A stretch of DNA of 57,655 bases, filler included, from Sluysia triapertura (Eukaryota), in the NCBI GenBank assembly GCA_046118255.1. It is 5 parts of 5 records of this genome, joined end to end, with 100 filler letters (N's around TTAATTAATTAA, not from the genome) between each part and the next. Parts side by side here need not be neighbours in the genome. Positions count along the whole stretch, not along the records: positions 22,216 to 33,050 come from JBJNIA010192872.1; positions 33,151 to 46,760 come from JBJNIA010029388.1; 3 more parts are not named here. The stretch is one strand, 5' to 3'. A model generated the notes under the pieces. The model saw only the letters and a list, made by a program, of their open reading frames with translations. It did no database searches and had not been told where the DNA came from. Below are positions 24,909 to 38,198 of the stretch, one piece after another (the first letter of the stretch is position 1; the number at the start of each line of letters is the position of its first letter). The position numbers and the translations under genes were made by a program.

Positions 24909-25046
24909 ATAATAATAATCTATACAGAATCCACAGTGATAATAAGAGCTAAATGATAGGTTGTATACCGTTTATGTTTCAAAAATATACAACCAGTACT
25001 ACCAGAGAATGTCAAATTACTGAAAGATTATGAAATATTTAAGAAA
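24909..25046 (+). repeat. Dispersed repeat, near-identical to 32915-33050
   Basis: AATCTATACAGAATC.ACAGTGATAATAAGAGCT...AGATTATGAAATATTTAAGAAA in both places. Confidence 0.92.
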
Positions 25047-25146
25047 AAGACAAAGTTGTTTCTGATTCAGAAATATTATAGTAAATGATTTATTTTAAGC
25101 GCTTCTGAGAACTCAGTATATATGAGCGCAATATAAATTAATATAG

Positions 25147-25365
25147 CAGGGGTGGCCAGACTTTACCCCGTCAGGAGCCAAAATCATAACAATCCAAAAG
25201 TTCGGGAGCCGAAAATATGCCAAAGAAAAATTTTTATTAAAATCAGCATAATAATTAAAAATTTTTTAATCATTTTTTAATATAGTCTACACAAAATAAA
25301 AATTTTTATTAATAAAATTTCGGAATTTTTAAATCTTGGCGAGAGCCGCAGTTTGGCCACCACTG
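25147..25365. mobile_element. hAT-family MITE (219 bp)
   Basis: TIRs CAGGGGTGGCCAGAC / GTTTGGCCACCACTG with a perfect 8-bp TSD TAATATAG. Confidence 0.95.
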
Positions 25366-26115
25366 TAATATAGTATTATGTAAAATAGCTTTTTAAGAAT
25401 AAATAATTTTGTTAATTAGTATCAAACAATCGATTATTTTTTGATATGAAGCTTTAAAAAAAAGTTTGGTTACCGCTGCTCTATTTGAGTTACCGAACCT
25501 TTCATTTTAGTGTTTTTCCGTGGATTTCCGGGGAAATATTTTTTGTTCTTCGACTTGCCTTGAATTGTGTGTTCCTTTAAAAATATTATTTTTTGAACAA
25601 ACAATAAATATAAATTTGACTTTTTGAAAATATTTTTATTTTACCTTTTCCCATTTTTCATACAATCTTCATTAAACTGTAAATTTATCAATTACCCTCT
25701 TGCCTTATGATTAAATCTCGAAGATTAAACTTTCGCAGTTCTGTGCGTGGAATTATCACAAAATAAACCTTAAATAATTTTGCTTTTTATTTACTATATT
25801 TATATAAAAGTAAAAACTGTTTCATTTGTAATACTACAGATTTATAAAGTAATGATAAAATATATTAAATAAAAATTCAAGATAAAAACTTTAAATAGAA
25901 AAACTTTATGATAGAAAAACACAGAAAAACTTAATAAAATATTTAAATTCTTTTTTATAGAAATTATTTACAACTAATAATCGTGAAGTGCGTGTGACAC
26001 TTATCGAAGCAATCTGGTAAATGTAAAGCCACTTTACATCGTGAATTCAGCTTGAATATTAAAATACTGCGGACGAGGTTAATCAGACAAATCTAATGTA
26101 AAAAATATTACTAAC

Positions 26116-28150
26116 GGTAATGTACGGGTTTATGGATTCGACTTGATCTTCATTTCCTGATGCAGCAGCTTCAGACAACATTCGTAGTGGTTCTTTAATT
26201 TCTATAAAATTATCAGAAACATGATCTATAGCAGAACGCTTCAAATATTTACGTAAATTATCCGTAGTTTTCAATAACTTGTTTTGACATGTACGTAACT
26301 GCTCTGTATTTTTACATCCAAGTTGTTTCTAGGCACAAATATAGAAATAAATTAATATTAATAGATCTAAAGTAGAATTTATTATGATAATGGTTTTTTA
26401 TTCTTTAACTTTTCCATTTGGGCATGATAAATTTAACTACAAAATGAAATGGAAAAAAATACAAGTTAAAATAAAATAAAGATTTTAAAAGTTTTGTTAT
26501 TGCTACATATATGTATGGAATTCAACCACAACCGATAAACATATAAAACCCAAGAAGATTTTCTTTCACAAATTTATTGATAAGCCTTATTTTTAAAATA
26601 TGTAAGAATTAGTAGCTTCATTTTAAAACGATTATTAAATGAAGAACCACAAAATGAAATAAAAAATCGGACACTGTAATTCAAAATATTTGGTTAAAAT
26701 TCTATTTTCACTATTTTTATTTAACTTAATACAAATTAATAAAAGTATTACTGACTTAATAAATTTCACCAAAAATTAAGCTGTTATTTTTGAAAATTCA
26801 ATATATTTGGGCTTCAGAATGCTGCGATAAATACATAACTGTAATATGATAATAACCAAAATGATATTCCTCAACTTCATGAAGATTGTATAAGTATTTT
26901 AATATAACTATCGAAAAAAAAATATATTTTGACTTGTTATTAACTAACATTAGATCGGTATGCTTCTAACAATTTGGTGAGGTGTTCTTCAGCTTCATGA
27001 ATACACTTTTTAATGCCTTCCTTGTTTTCTGGTCGAGTACATGGAGAAGATACTAAAACTTGACAGTTTTTAGTGATTTGATTAAGACGATTCTCCATAT
27101 TTTTTGCATCGGATTCATTAAATTTTTCTGGCTTGATAACTGCGCTTTTCTAGTAAATTATATATAACATGTCAAATATTATTAACAATGCATGAAAACT
27201 TACATCAAATTCATCTAGTACCCATGCAATTTCACCTGGTTTATCATAAAACGTTAAATCAGAATTATCAGTACCCTTATTAGCTGAATTTATCATATCC
27301 ACTGCTTCTAAGATTGAACTGATTACAAAATCACGGTTTGATTTTGCAGGTGATAATTCGGGATGTCTAATATATGTCTATAACGTATATACATTAATAA
27401 AATAATAAAGAACTTTAGATGTAACTAAAAGTAATGGCACATTTTGAATTAAAATCCCTCGTGCAGCCGCAATTTTAACACGCTTTCGATCATTAATTAA
27501 ATCCTTTTGTCTTGAACCGGCTAATTGCATTAAATTATTCATATGAACACCAAATTTATTCCAATTTTCCATTAAAGTCTAAAAATATCATATTAAGAAT
27601 ATGAATCGAAACAGACTTGTTGATCCATAGAATTTTTAATTAAATTAAGTGCACTTTCAACCTGACGAGAAGTTCTAAGTAACACCATTACATCAACAAT
27701 ATCCGCCAATATCATCAATCTTGTAACACTTGATGACATTGCTTTCATACCAATCATCATTGATCTGCGCTTATTAATATCACAACTATCATTCAGAAAC
27801 ATTTGTGCACTTTTTTGTAACTCCTTTCCAGTGCGCTTGATATCATCTAAAGCAGCTTTAAAATCTGCTTGTCTGTCGGGTGATTCATTTTTGATCTGTT
27901 CACCTTTTAATATGTACTCATTAATCATCTAAAAATTTATCATCATGAATGTTAAAATTACATCGTCAAGAGCCTTTAATATAGTATCTCCTTGCTTAGA
28001 ATAACCTTTCTTTCTATTATCAAAACCTTTTTGGTTAACCAGAATTTCTATTTGTTCTAATAAAGGTTCTAAAGTTTTTTCAACGGATCTTGATGTAATT
28101 TCCAAGTTATCAATATCCCAAGGATCATAACTATCATTTCTAACACTCAT
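26116..28150 (-). CDS. Alpha-catenin (vinculin family), N-terminal ~400 residues in six exons; remainder not found in this contig
   Basis: LEITSRSVEKTLEPL, VTRLMILADIVDV, AAARGIL, YIRHPE..AKSNRD, DHVSDNF; introns at 27929-27961, 27579-27616, 27378-27413, 27150-27203 and 26329-26948 keep the frame. Confidence 0.92.
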
Positions 28151-28581
28151 TTTAAAAATAGTAACAAACTATATTGCACAAAAATATCTAAAACCTCTTT
28201 CTATTATTGAAAATAAATATTCTGCATATAAAGTGAAAATATATGTAATTTAAAAAATATATCAAAATAAAAACATAATTTTTTAATTTCGTGTTTATTA
28301 TTATTTATTAAAACAAAATATTGTAATTTTAAAATTATCTTTTTCTACATTTTACTATATCACTTGTGTTTACTAGTACTTAATTTAATTTAGAAAATCT
28401 ATTTAACATAAAGCAACGTTGGTAACTATAGATACTTAGCATTAAACATTTATTTACTTAATGAAACAGAGTAAATATTGGTTATTGTTTACTAAGAAAA
28501 CTTCAGGTTTTGAATGATTCGTTGAGAAAAATGAGGAATAGCTATAAAAACTCGACTTAGCATACATAGTTATTATTTTTG

Positions 28582-29452
28582 ATGCATTTGTTTGTCTTTT
28601 TTATATTTTTTAAATGGAATTTTCAACTCGGTATTTTCATCTAATTTTTTGAATTTTAATTTTTAAAGTTTTTAGTTCCCTTTATTGCAACTTCAATGAT
28701 TTTACATATTTAAAAGAAACTGGAAAATGTTATAAAGTTGTCAATATATTAGATACCTTTAATGCTATTAAATATCTATGCCCAACGAAAACATTAACAC
28801 AAGTAACGTCAGAAAGAGAATTATATTACTTACTAAAATACTTTGTAAAACCGGGTTATGGTGAATCATTTTGGATGGATGCAAACTATAATAGTATGTA
28901 TTTTAAATAAATTTTACGTAAGAATAATTAAAGAAAGCTCAAAAATGTTTGTTTGGTTAAGTGGTGAAACACTAGATACCAGTTTTTATAATAATGTCAT
29001 TAAACAAGAAAATGGTGATTGTGTTCAAGTATCCATTACGTATCAATGGAATAATAATTTGTATAATTATAAAACTGAAATAAAAAATTCCGATTGTAAT
29101 AAAGAAAAAAATATTGGAATTTGTGAACATACAAGTAATTTTTGTTTGTTTTAAATAATCAATAACTGTGTATTTATTAATTTTAATTTATTAAGCTATT
29201 CAGTGTGATGAGAAAACAATAATTAATTTTAAATCTTCATCGATGGAATTAAAACCTAATTATCCTTTTTTGGATAATGAAGTTGAAGTAGTATGTAAAC
29301 ATGGCCATTATAGGAAAATTAATGGAGATTTTAAATTTAAATGTGTTATGCAAAGTAAAGACAGTGTTTTATGGCAGGGATACAATCGATCTATAGCAGT
29401 TCCTGAATGTAAAAGTATTGTTATAATATTTTAACAAAATTCATTTTATGTT

Positions 29453-29493
<41 letters not shown>

Positions 29494-30156
29494 TTACAGA
29501 GATAAGTTGTGAAAAATTGGATCACAAATTTGAAAACGTTAAAAATGAAACTTCTTTTTCGAAAAATAATTATGAATTTGGTGAATCGATTGATTTCGAA
29601 TGTATTCGTGGTTATGTTGACCAACAAAACCCACAAAGTACTTCTGCAAAACTTATTTGTGAACAAAATAAATTTAATCCAATCAAAGGTATTTGGACTC
29701 CAGAAAGTTTAGAGCCATGTATTCGTGAGTTAATTAAAATTTGTGTACACATTTGATTTTATTTAGAATTAAAATGTAATGTTACTAAAATGTACGAAAT
29801 TAAACCTGTAAACGCTGATTTTGTTACTGCTCGACATAGAGTAAATAATAGAGAATATAATGCTGAATATCAGATGAATAAATTTCCATATTTTGATAAT
29901 ATTATTGATATACGATGTCGTGTAGGTTTGATATTTCCAGATCGAAAAATTACCAAAAGTATAATTTGTGATTTAAAGAAAAATTCGTTAACTGAAGGTG
30001 ATTGGTCAGGATATGCTGGAACTCAATTACCGTTACCGAAATTATGTGAAGGTAAAGTTTTCTTTGGTAATTATGATAATTAATGAAGCTTGTTGATAAT
30101 ACCCATAATTTGTTCTTTTTCTAGAAAAAATTATTTTTATTCATATTGGTTACTGA
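28582..30156 (+). CDS. Secreted/surface C-type lectin domain + three sushi (CCP) domain protein
   Basis: Hydrophobic N-terminus MHLFVFFIFF; CTLD (GKCYK, FWMDA, FVWLSG, DCV, CNKEKNIGICE); three exons each with the C..C..C..W..C sushi pattern; short GT-AG introns; last exon (EKIIFIHIGY*) uncertain. Confidence 0.85.
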
Positions 30157-30189
30157 CTAGTATAAAACTTTATAAAAATTTTCAAACCT

Positions 30190-31320
30190 CACAATTTCTT
30201 AAGATATTTTGGTATCGCTTTAAGTAAGTAACTCTTTCCGTCAGATTTAATTGCTGTCGACGATATAGGCAAATTATATGCGGAAATGTTAAATATAAAA
30301 CTAAAAAAACTGTTTACGAATTTGCTTGCGCATTAAAAAGTTTAGTTAATTGGATAAAGGTTTCTGAGTATAAGAAAGAAACAATGTTTATTAATAAGTT
30401 GAAAAATAAATTTCGTCCAGAATTAAGGGCATATGTAAATTTAATTGATAATAAACGCTTTAAGGATATTATAAGAAATTAAAAGGCATCGAGAGATCTC
30501 GAGATGAAAAAAGATACTACATTAGTTAGGTAAACTTCATAAAATGGACTGACCGGAAATCGAACTCGGCACCTTTCGCTGCGCAGTTCAGTGCTCTACC
30601 CATTGAGCTATTAGCCCTGTCTAACAATTTCAGATTATTATAGTTAATATTATCATAATTCTGCATAGCACTTTAGGTCTTTACCCCAACAGTCATTTAA
30701 GTTATAGTAAATATTGTTTTTAAAATCGAAATTTTGATAAATGATTCACCAAGATTTGAGAATAAGAATTTTGATTTCCATTTTAAATATACAAATAATT
30801 CTAATTATAGAAGAAGTAACCCAGTAACTTTCGAGAATTCGGAAGTAATGTTAATTACAGAAAAGGAAATAATTATTTGCTTGTACAGGGATTAATACTA
30901 ATTTTGGAATAAGAAGGGAAGTATTCGAAAATTATATGCACGAATACTTTTTAATTTGAAAGTTAAAGGAAGAACTAAAGAACCAGAATGAAAGAATTAT
31001 GCCAAAAGGGAATGAATTAGACTCGATTACTAATGAAGAAATAAGTTCAAATATTAGTGAAGAATTAAAATTAAAAACCGAAAGCAAACTTGAACCATTA
31101 ATTGTCTCTGTTAGTGAAGATAAGGAGTTAATAACAAATGAAGAAGGTAAATTATTTTATTAAATTTAAAAAGTGGCATTTCAAATGCGAAAAAAATTGA
31201 TAAGAATTTGGATGATTTATTTGATTCGGATCTAGGTATGCACAATGGATTGAACCAAACCAGGTGAGAGTCCATATAAGATTAAGGCAAGAAAAATTTG
31301 CTAATGGAAATACACTGATC
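30190..31320 (+). mobile_element. Decayed LTR-retrotransposon gag/pol remnant, split by a solo LTR
   Basis: KTVYEFACALKSLV...ETMFINKLKNKFRPELRAYV resembles a retrotransposon gag helix region; DDLFDSDLG resembles the pre-RT segment of Gypsy pol. Confidence 0.5.
30529..30691 (-). mobile_element. Solo LTR of the tRNA-bearing TRIM
   Basis: On the minus strand starts TGTTGGGGTAAA and contains the tRNA-like unit plus TTTT; flanks GTTA / GTCA (3/4 match as a 4-bp TSD). Confidence 0.75.
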
Positions 31321-32007
31321 AAAGTTAAGATAATAATTAATTATTATAAATGTTATTATAAACATAATAAATGTTATTATATTATTACAAGGAATGAGGA
31401 AATTATTGAATTAATTAGTTAAATTACATTTGCTTGATAGAAATTTATTACCTGATGATTTTTTAAACCACTACAGTTATCTCAATGATAAATCATTGAA
31501 AGCTTCCGTTATTTATATGACTTACAATGTGTCAATAGTAAGCTTGATGATTCTTATTCTTTAATGAAGCAATTGATGGATGATGACGATAATAATATTA
31601 ATAACAATGATAATATTGATGAGAAATCTAGCTACACAGTTGTTTTAAATTATAACCCTCATAAAGAAAAAGCAATGCTTAAGAGAAAACTCAGTAGGTT
31701 AAGAAATGGTGAAAATAATGATAATTTAGCATCTCCGAAAGTAGCTGTAGAAATAACATTGTTTTGACAAAAATTATTTATGATAATATAAATGATAAAA
31801 CTAATTTAAACATTATTTTATACATTATGGCATCATCATCACAATCCTTCAATTAATTAATTAATAATTAATATTAATTAAATAATTAAATAATTAATAT
31901 TTTTTGAATAAAGAAGACAATTTTCCAAAAAAGAAAGAATAAAAAATTATGTTCTAAAATACAAAAAGAATTCTTTGATATCTTTTGCTGAGTCTTTGAA
32001 AATTACT

Positions 32008-32550
32008 AGTAACAAAATAACAATATTAATTTATTTTACTTAAATAGAATCTCAAATAATTTCAATATTTACTAGATCAATTATAATTTATCACAAATTT
32101 TCTTATTTTAATAATGATATTTATTCAACCCAAAATTTAATAACAATAATAAATAAATAATAATAAACAATAATATAATTTAATTACAATATCTCAATAA
32201 TATAATAATTGCAAAATTAAATATAAGTCGTTATTATCAGTTTCTGTTTTAATAATAATATAAGTAAACTAAATGAAAACGACTAAATTTCAAAATTAAC
32301 AATAATATTTATGACAATATTAAGACCACAATAGTCTTAATATTGTGGTGATGCAACAAACAACAAAAATCAAAATACCAGTGTCTAAAGAAGTTGAAAT
32401 TAAAAATAATATTTATATCTTGTCGAATAACTTTATTTTAACTTAATGAACGAAAAGCTATAAAATAATTTGGGCAGGTAGTTTCCCAAAGTACAATTAA
32501 AATCAATTTAATTGATTAATTGAAAAATAATAATTAAATATATAAATATT
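32008..32550 (+). repeat. Dispersed ~500-bp repeat, copy 2
   Basis: Colinear with 18835-19345. Confidence 0.9.
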
Positions 32551-32914
32551 CTTCAAAACTATTCAAGGAGTCTCGCAAAAATCAAATAAAAAATTAAATT
32601 TTATAAATATTAACAATCCCAACGCTTTCATAATAATTGTTTCACACTTTTAAGAAACTTTTTCAATGTTTTTAAAAAAATAAAATATAAAACAAAGCAT
32701 TAATCGCTAAGTAAAGTAACCTCAAATAAAATAATAATAGTCTGAAATTTAAAACCAAATGCCTCTTATGGATATTTTATTGGTTGCCAATAAAAGCAAG
32801 AATAGAATTTAAAATCATAAAAATAATGTACAAATGCTTACATTATGGAAGTCCTGATTATCTCTAAGAATAATAAAAAATTTGGAAACCAAGAAGAATA
32901 TTTCTTTGAGACGT

Positions 32915-33050
32915 AATAATAATCTATACAGAATCTACAGTGATAATAAGAGCTAGATGATATGTTGTATACCGTTTATGTTTCAAAAATATACAATCAG
33001 TACTACCAGAGAATGTCAAATTACTGGAAGATTATGAAATATTTAAGAAA
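32915..33050 (+). repeat. Dispersed repeat (copy of 24909-25046) at the contig end
   Basis: Near-identical sequence. Confidence 0.92.
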
Positions 33051-33150
33051 NNNNNNNNNNNNNNNNNNNNNNNNNNNNNNNNNNNNNNNNNNNNTTAATT
33101 AATTAANNNNNNNNNNNNNNNNNNNNNNNNNNNNNNNNNNNNNNNNNNNN
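33051..33150. other. Artificial contig linker
   Basis: Same N-TTAATTAATTAA-N structure. Confidence 0.98.
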
Positions 33151-35523
33151 ATACCATTTAAATCAATAAAAAAACCTAATATTTAGAAATGGGACTCTTA
33201 TTTTCGGACAGAGGGAGTAATATTTTTTCTAAATTTTATTTTGTTTACGTAATTTAAAGTTTACTAAACTTAGATGTTTTACTGAATTTATTATTTTTTA
33301 TTGAACAAGATTCTTAAATAACTAACGATTAAATACTGAAATTTCTGTTAACTCTTAAAAAATGTTTCTTTTGTTACCTGTTAAATTAAATCACGTAGTA
33401 TTCCTTTTCTTTGTTAATGAAATAGTCTTCTTACAACTTCTTCATTGATTATATTAAATCACGTAGAATTCTTCTTCCTTAGTGAAATAGCTTCACTCAA
33501 AAATTGTTATAAAATTTATTTATGAAAATTTATGAAAACTTTTGTGGTATTCTATTATATATGCTATTAATTAGCCAATTATAATAGTTTTAATGATAGT
33601 TGCTGTAAACAATATTTTCAAACATGTAAACAGTAATGATATTAAATAATATTATTAAACGTAATAGTTTCTATAGTTTCGATTATAATATTATTAAAAA
33701 GCAATAAATATTCAGTTAATTATTTCTTTATTATTTATTTTAATAATTTAGTTTTTTGCGTATTTAAATAATTTAGTTAATTTACAATAAATTTACTTAA
33801 TTTACAATAAATTTACTTAATTTACAATAAATCCCACAATAATTTTATAATAAATTTACAATGTTGACATTATTGACACAATAACTTTATAAATTTACAA
33901 CATTGACACCTGAAAAAAACCGAAAACGGATAAAAGAAAAGGTAGAGATAAATGAAGAATACAAATAAAAGGTAAGTGGAAATCTGGTGTTGTCGTAATT
34001 TGAATATATAAAAGAAAGAGAATTGTAAATTGCTTTTGTTTTATTTATTAAAAAGCAACAAACAAACGGGGGCAAATTAAAATAAAAAATTAATTGAATT
34101 AATTAAATTATAAAGGATAGTGTTGTGTCTTTTATACTTTTTATTTTACAAATTATTAATCAAAACCCAATAATTAAGCAACTTCAGAATCTCGATTATA
34201 TTCTTTGAATAAATCAAAAATTACAATTTAAAAGATAACAATTATTCTTTATGACGACAATACAAAATACTCTATAACAAAATACAAATTATGCTTTATA
34301 ACAATATTGCAAATTACTCTCTATAACAACGCAAACCACTCTTCAAAAGCAAATAAAAAAACAGGGGTTACACAACTTAAATGTTTGTACCCGTATTAAT
34401 ACAAAAATATACTCAATGCAAAATAAATCACTAACCCTTTGTCCTCTAACCTTAAATATTTATATTGATCAATTGCTAAAGAATAAACCCTGATATCACC
34501 GTTAATCACGGATGTATCAAGGCAGCGTCCCTCAGATAAAAAGTTTTTGATATCTTAACTCTATTCTTATTTCTGTCGATTCAGCTTCTAATTTTATACA
34601 AAAATTTAACTGCTTATGTAGCAGTTTTATGATGCTGTAGGAAAGTAAAATGAAGAACTGAACAATATGGAAATTAAAGCCGTCTATTCTCTTTTAATCG
34701 GCAATAAGCCGACTAATTTTACTGATTGAATTTCGGCAGTAATTTCCGTCTATATTTAAATTCAATCTAATTTTAATTATCTAATGACAATAGGATTTGT
34801 GGTCAACAATCCCCTTCTCTTCTTAATTTCACCTAATCAAAATTTAAAAATCACTGTTATATTGCTATTATATCAACTTAATCTGAAATAAAATTTGTAC
34901 GATATGCGTCAACCATACATCGCACGTCAAATTGCTTTTGATCAATTGATTCTAGTAATCCTATTATACATTCATTTTGTAATCAATAAGTCATTTATTA
35001 GTTCAGACATATATAGACAACTAATGTCACAATTATTGTTCAAATTTTATTATACTACATATTATCTCGAATCATATACAACTTTTTCAGCAATTATCAT
35101 TTTATTCGGTCATCAATTCATAGAATTACCTTGTTTGTTAAAAGGTATAGTAACTACAAACTTGTATCAAAAGAAATGTAAAGTGATCACTTGTTAGAAA
35201 GTCTTTTGTAAATATTGAAAGTTATGGTTTTGAAGGAAGAAATAATTATGAAGCATTTAATGATCATGAAATAAATTTCAAACAGATAAAGTTAGTGATA
35301 CAAGCAAACAAATACGATCGATGAAGAAATTAAAGAGAAAAAAGATTGTACAGATTACTTGTCTATATCGTTTGATTTAATAAATCATCTCAACATGATT
35401 CGTAGATTAATATTTATTATAATTCCATTTAGTCATTGTTATCATATAGTGGATTCGTCAAATGCGAAACAGTTGTATTTAAATCTGTCTGATTCAACTA
35501 TTAGCATTATCCTTTTGTTCAAA

Positions 35524-35678
35524 TGTTGGGGTAAAAGTCTAAAGTGTCATTTGGTAAAATTGACTATAATAAAATAAAATTGTTAGACGGGGCTGATAGC
35601 CCAGTGGCAGAGCATCGAACTGCGTAACGAGAGGTCCCGGGTTCGATCCACGGTCAGTCCATTTTATGAAGTCTAAGA
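35524..35678 (+). mobile_element. Solo LTR of the tRNA-bearing TRIM (155 bp)
   Basis: TGTTGGGGTAAA...tRNA-like 35590-35661...TTTTATGAAGTCTAAGA (terminal CA changed to GA), flanked by an exact 4-bp duplication CAAA (35520-35523 and 35679-35682). Confidence 0.8.
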
Positions 35679-37107
35679 CAAAGACTAATGCCCTATTAAC
35701 TATTTAAAGGTATATCTTTATATTTTACTTTTATAAATGTTTTTTAACTACGAAATAGTGATTTATTCTTCTTATTTGTTATACTCAAATGATGTAGCGT
35801 ATACATCCTAGCATGTTTAAAGGTAGACCAAAATTCAATTGTGTTTTAGGTGTCATTTAAAACAAAATTTTATAGATCTTAATAATAAATCAATTAAACT
35901 ATTTTTGTTATTTTACTTTTCTATTTAATAAAGGAAAACTTCATAAAGTAAAAACATATAAATTTGATGTAAATTTGGATGATCATGTGCTAATAAATAA
36001 ATCAACCTTTTATATAGATAATAGTTTAAATATTAATCATGCAAACTCTATTTGCGACTGTTATTTATGTTTCCATCGACTTAACCGCTTGAGTACGACG
36101 AATTTTTTGATATATGAGCTAACGCACGATAGTGCTTCGCTGCACTCAAACGGTTAATAATAAACATAAAATATATACCCATGATTAATAACAACCTATA
36201 AATACCATTCGCATTCGCTGAATTTATTTAATATTGACAAGATTTTATTTGCAAGTTCATTCCTTCAATATTTTGATTTTCTTTATTAACATTTATTTTA
36301 ATAAGCCATTGGTTCAAATGTCAATTTTAATTCTGACTTGTTATAACAGGTTTGATTAGTGGCACATATTCACCCACATGAGATTTTTATGTGCTATGTT
36401 ATCAATCAAATTATCATAATATTTTAATAATTTTTATCACTAGATACAACAAACACTTATAATAATAATGCCAACTCACGAGAATTATGATGTAATTTCT
36501 GTTTATAATTAGTAATAAAATATTAGAAGCACAACATAATTGTCTTTTCACATTATTTTAAAATAATTTTATGGGTAGGTCAGGATTGTACTTTCTTATA
36601 TTTACTTTACAAATGATTATACAACTTGTCATTAATTGGAGCATGTTTACATCTTTACAGACATTTGTTTTTAATGTCAAAATAATAAAACTAAGTATCT
36701 TTTATTTTTGTTTTAATAATACATTAGTATTTTAAATTTTAAAATAAAAGTTACAATCACAATTAAGACTAGTAATTTAAATGAAAGTAGATATCCATTA
36801 AAATTAAATGAATGAGTTTGGAATAATTTTAAATTGTGAAAAATTATATCAAGCCTCCAAACTTTAATAAAATGTATACATAAATTTTAATGTTTTGATT
36901 GATAATTTGTCTTGTATGAATAACTTAATTTGAATTTCAAATTACATAAATTAAATTCATTTCGTCGAAATGAAATGTGATCATCAAGGAACATTACAAG
37001 CAATGTCCATGAAATATTTTCAGTGTATTCGCAAAATATTACTTGATAAAGCGTTTTGGTTTTGACGCTTTTGGAACTCAAAATAAGTATTTCATGAACT
37101 TAAGAAA

Positions 37108-37722
37108 TTATTGATATTGTAATTGATAACCAGGTTGTAATGTAAAGAAATCTGCAGCACCACGACCAGAACGTAAAGATTCGATGTAATCACCAAAATT
37201 TGCATATTTTATTTGTTTTTCTGTGTATAATAAGTTATATAAGTCACGAGGTATTTCTCTTTCAAACACATTATATGATTTTAAATTCATATTCATAAAT
37301 ACACTCAATTTCTCCACTTTATTAATATCAATATGACGAAATGTTTTTATGTCTTCAATAACTCGTACATTTTTTTGTGATACAAATTGACTTGCTCTTT
37401 CACTTCTCAATGAAAAAATTGATGCCAAAAATTTCATCAGACTTGTCAATTCACTTCCGCCAGCGGATATTAAACCATTTCGAATGTAGCGCTTGTAATT
37501 GTATGACAAGAAAAACATATTAAATGCAACAAATTCAAATGGTGATGGTTGACTTATTCGTGCAACACAAAGTAGTGTTGGTGATGTAATATCAAATAAG
37601 TGGTAACCAGACAATAAGAGCGTACAAGCAACTAAACCTAAATTTAAATTAAAATACAAAATATATATACCAAATTCATTTAGATTAGCAAAATTATATG
37701 TATTCTTATTTCTTCTTGACAA
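37108..37722 (-). CDS. Unidentified protein-coding segment, probably spliced
   Basis: 204-codon ORF with protein-like composition; its first part includes an in-frame ~33-nt GT...TTTAG intron-like stretch; family not recognised. Confidence 0.55.
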   Translation of the reverse strand: MSRRNKNTYNFANLNEFGIYILYFNLNLGLVACTLLLSGYHLFDITSPTLLCVARISQPSPFEFVAFNMFFLSYNYKRYIRNGLISAGGSELTSLMKFLASIFSLRSERASQFVSQKNVRVIEDIKTFRHIDINKVEKLSVFMNMNLKSYNVFEREIPRDLYNLLYTEKQIKYANFGDYIESLRSGRGAADFFTLQPGYQLQYQ

Positions 37723-38198
37723 TCAGTACAAATTTTTTTAAAATAAGATTTCAAGTAAAATAATTTTTCAAATTCATAAAATAGCAGAAAACAGTCCTAA
37801 AATGATTATCCAAAAATAAATCCAGACAACACAAATAATTAATTGATTTGGATTTAATCTAAAAGAAATACTATATTATACTACAATATGTGAAAGTAGT
37901 TTATCGATCTATTGTACTAACATAATCTGAATGTTTTTATCAATTTACTGTAATATATTTTTTAGTCATAATCTAAATATAACTTATCAGTTTTTTGTAT
38001 TAGAAACTATTTAGAAATAACTAAAAGTATTTAAAGTATTGTAATTAAGTATTAAATTATTAGAATCACTATTATAATACAATTTAATTGTAAAATCACT
38101 AATCGTTTATTTATTTGTGATTATTGTGTAAAGCCTTTTTTGGTTATAAGTTTTTACCCTCTTATAGAAACCACTGATAAGGAAACTAACACAATTAA

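Noticed and set aside
25980-26093. Further alpha-catenin exon after a 23-nt intron
   Set aside because: The translation (ICLINLVRSIL...) has no catenin similarity
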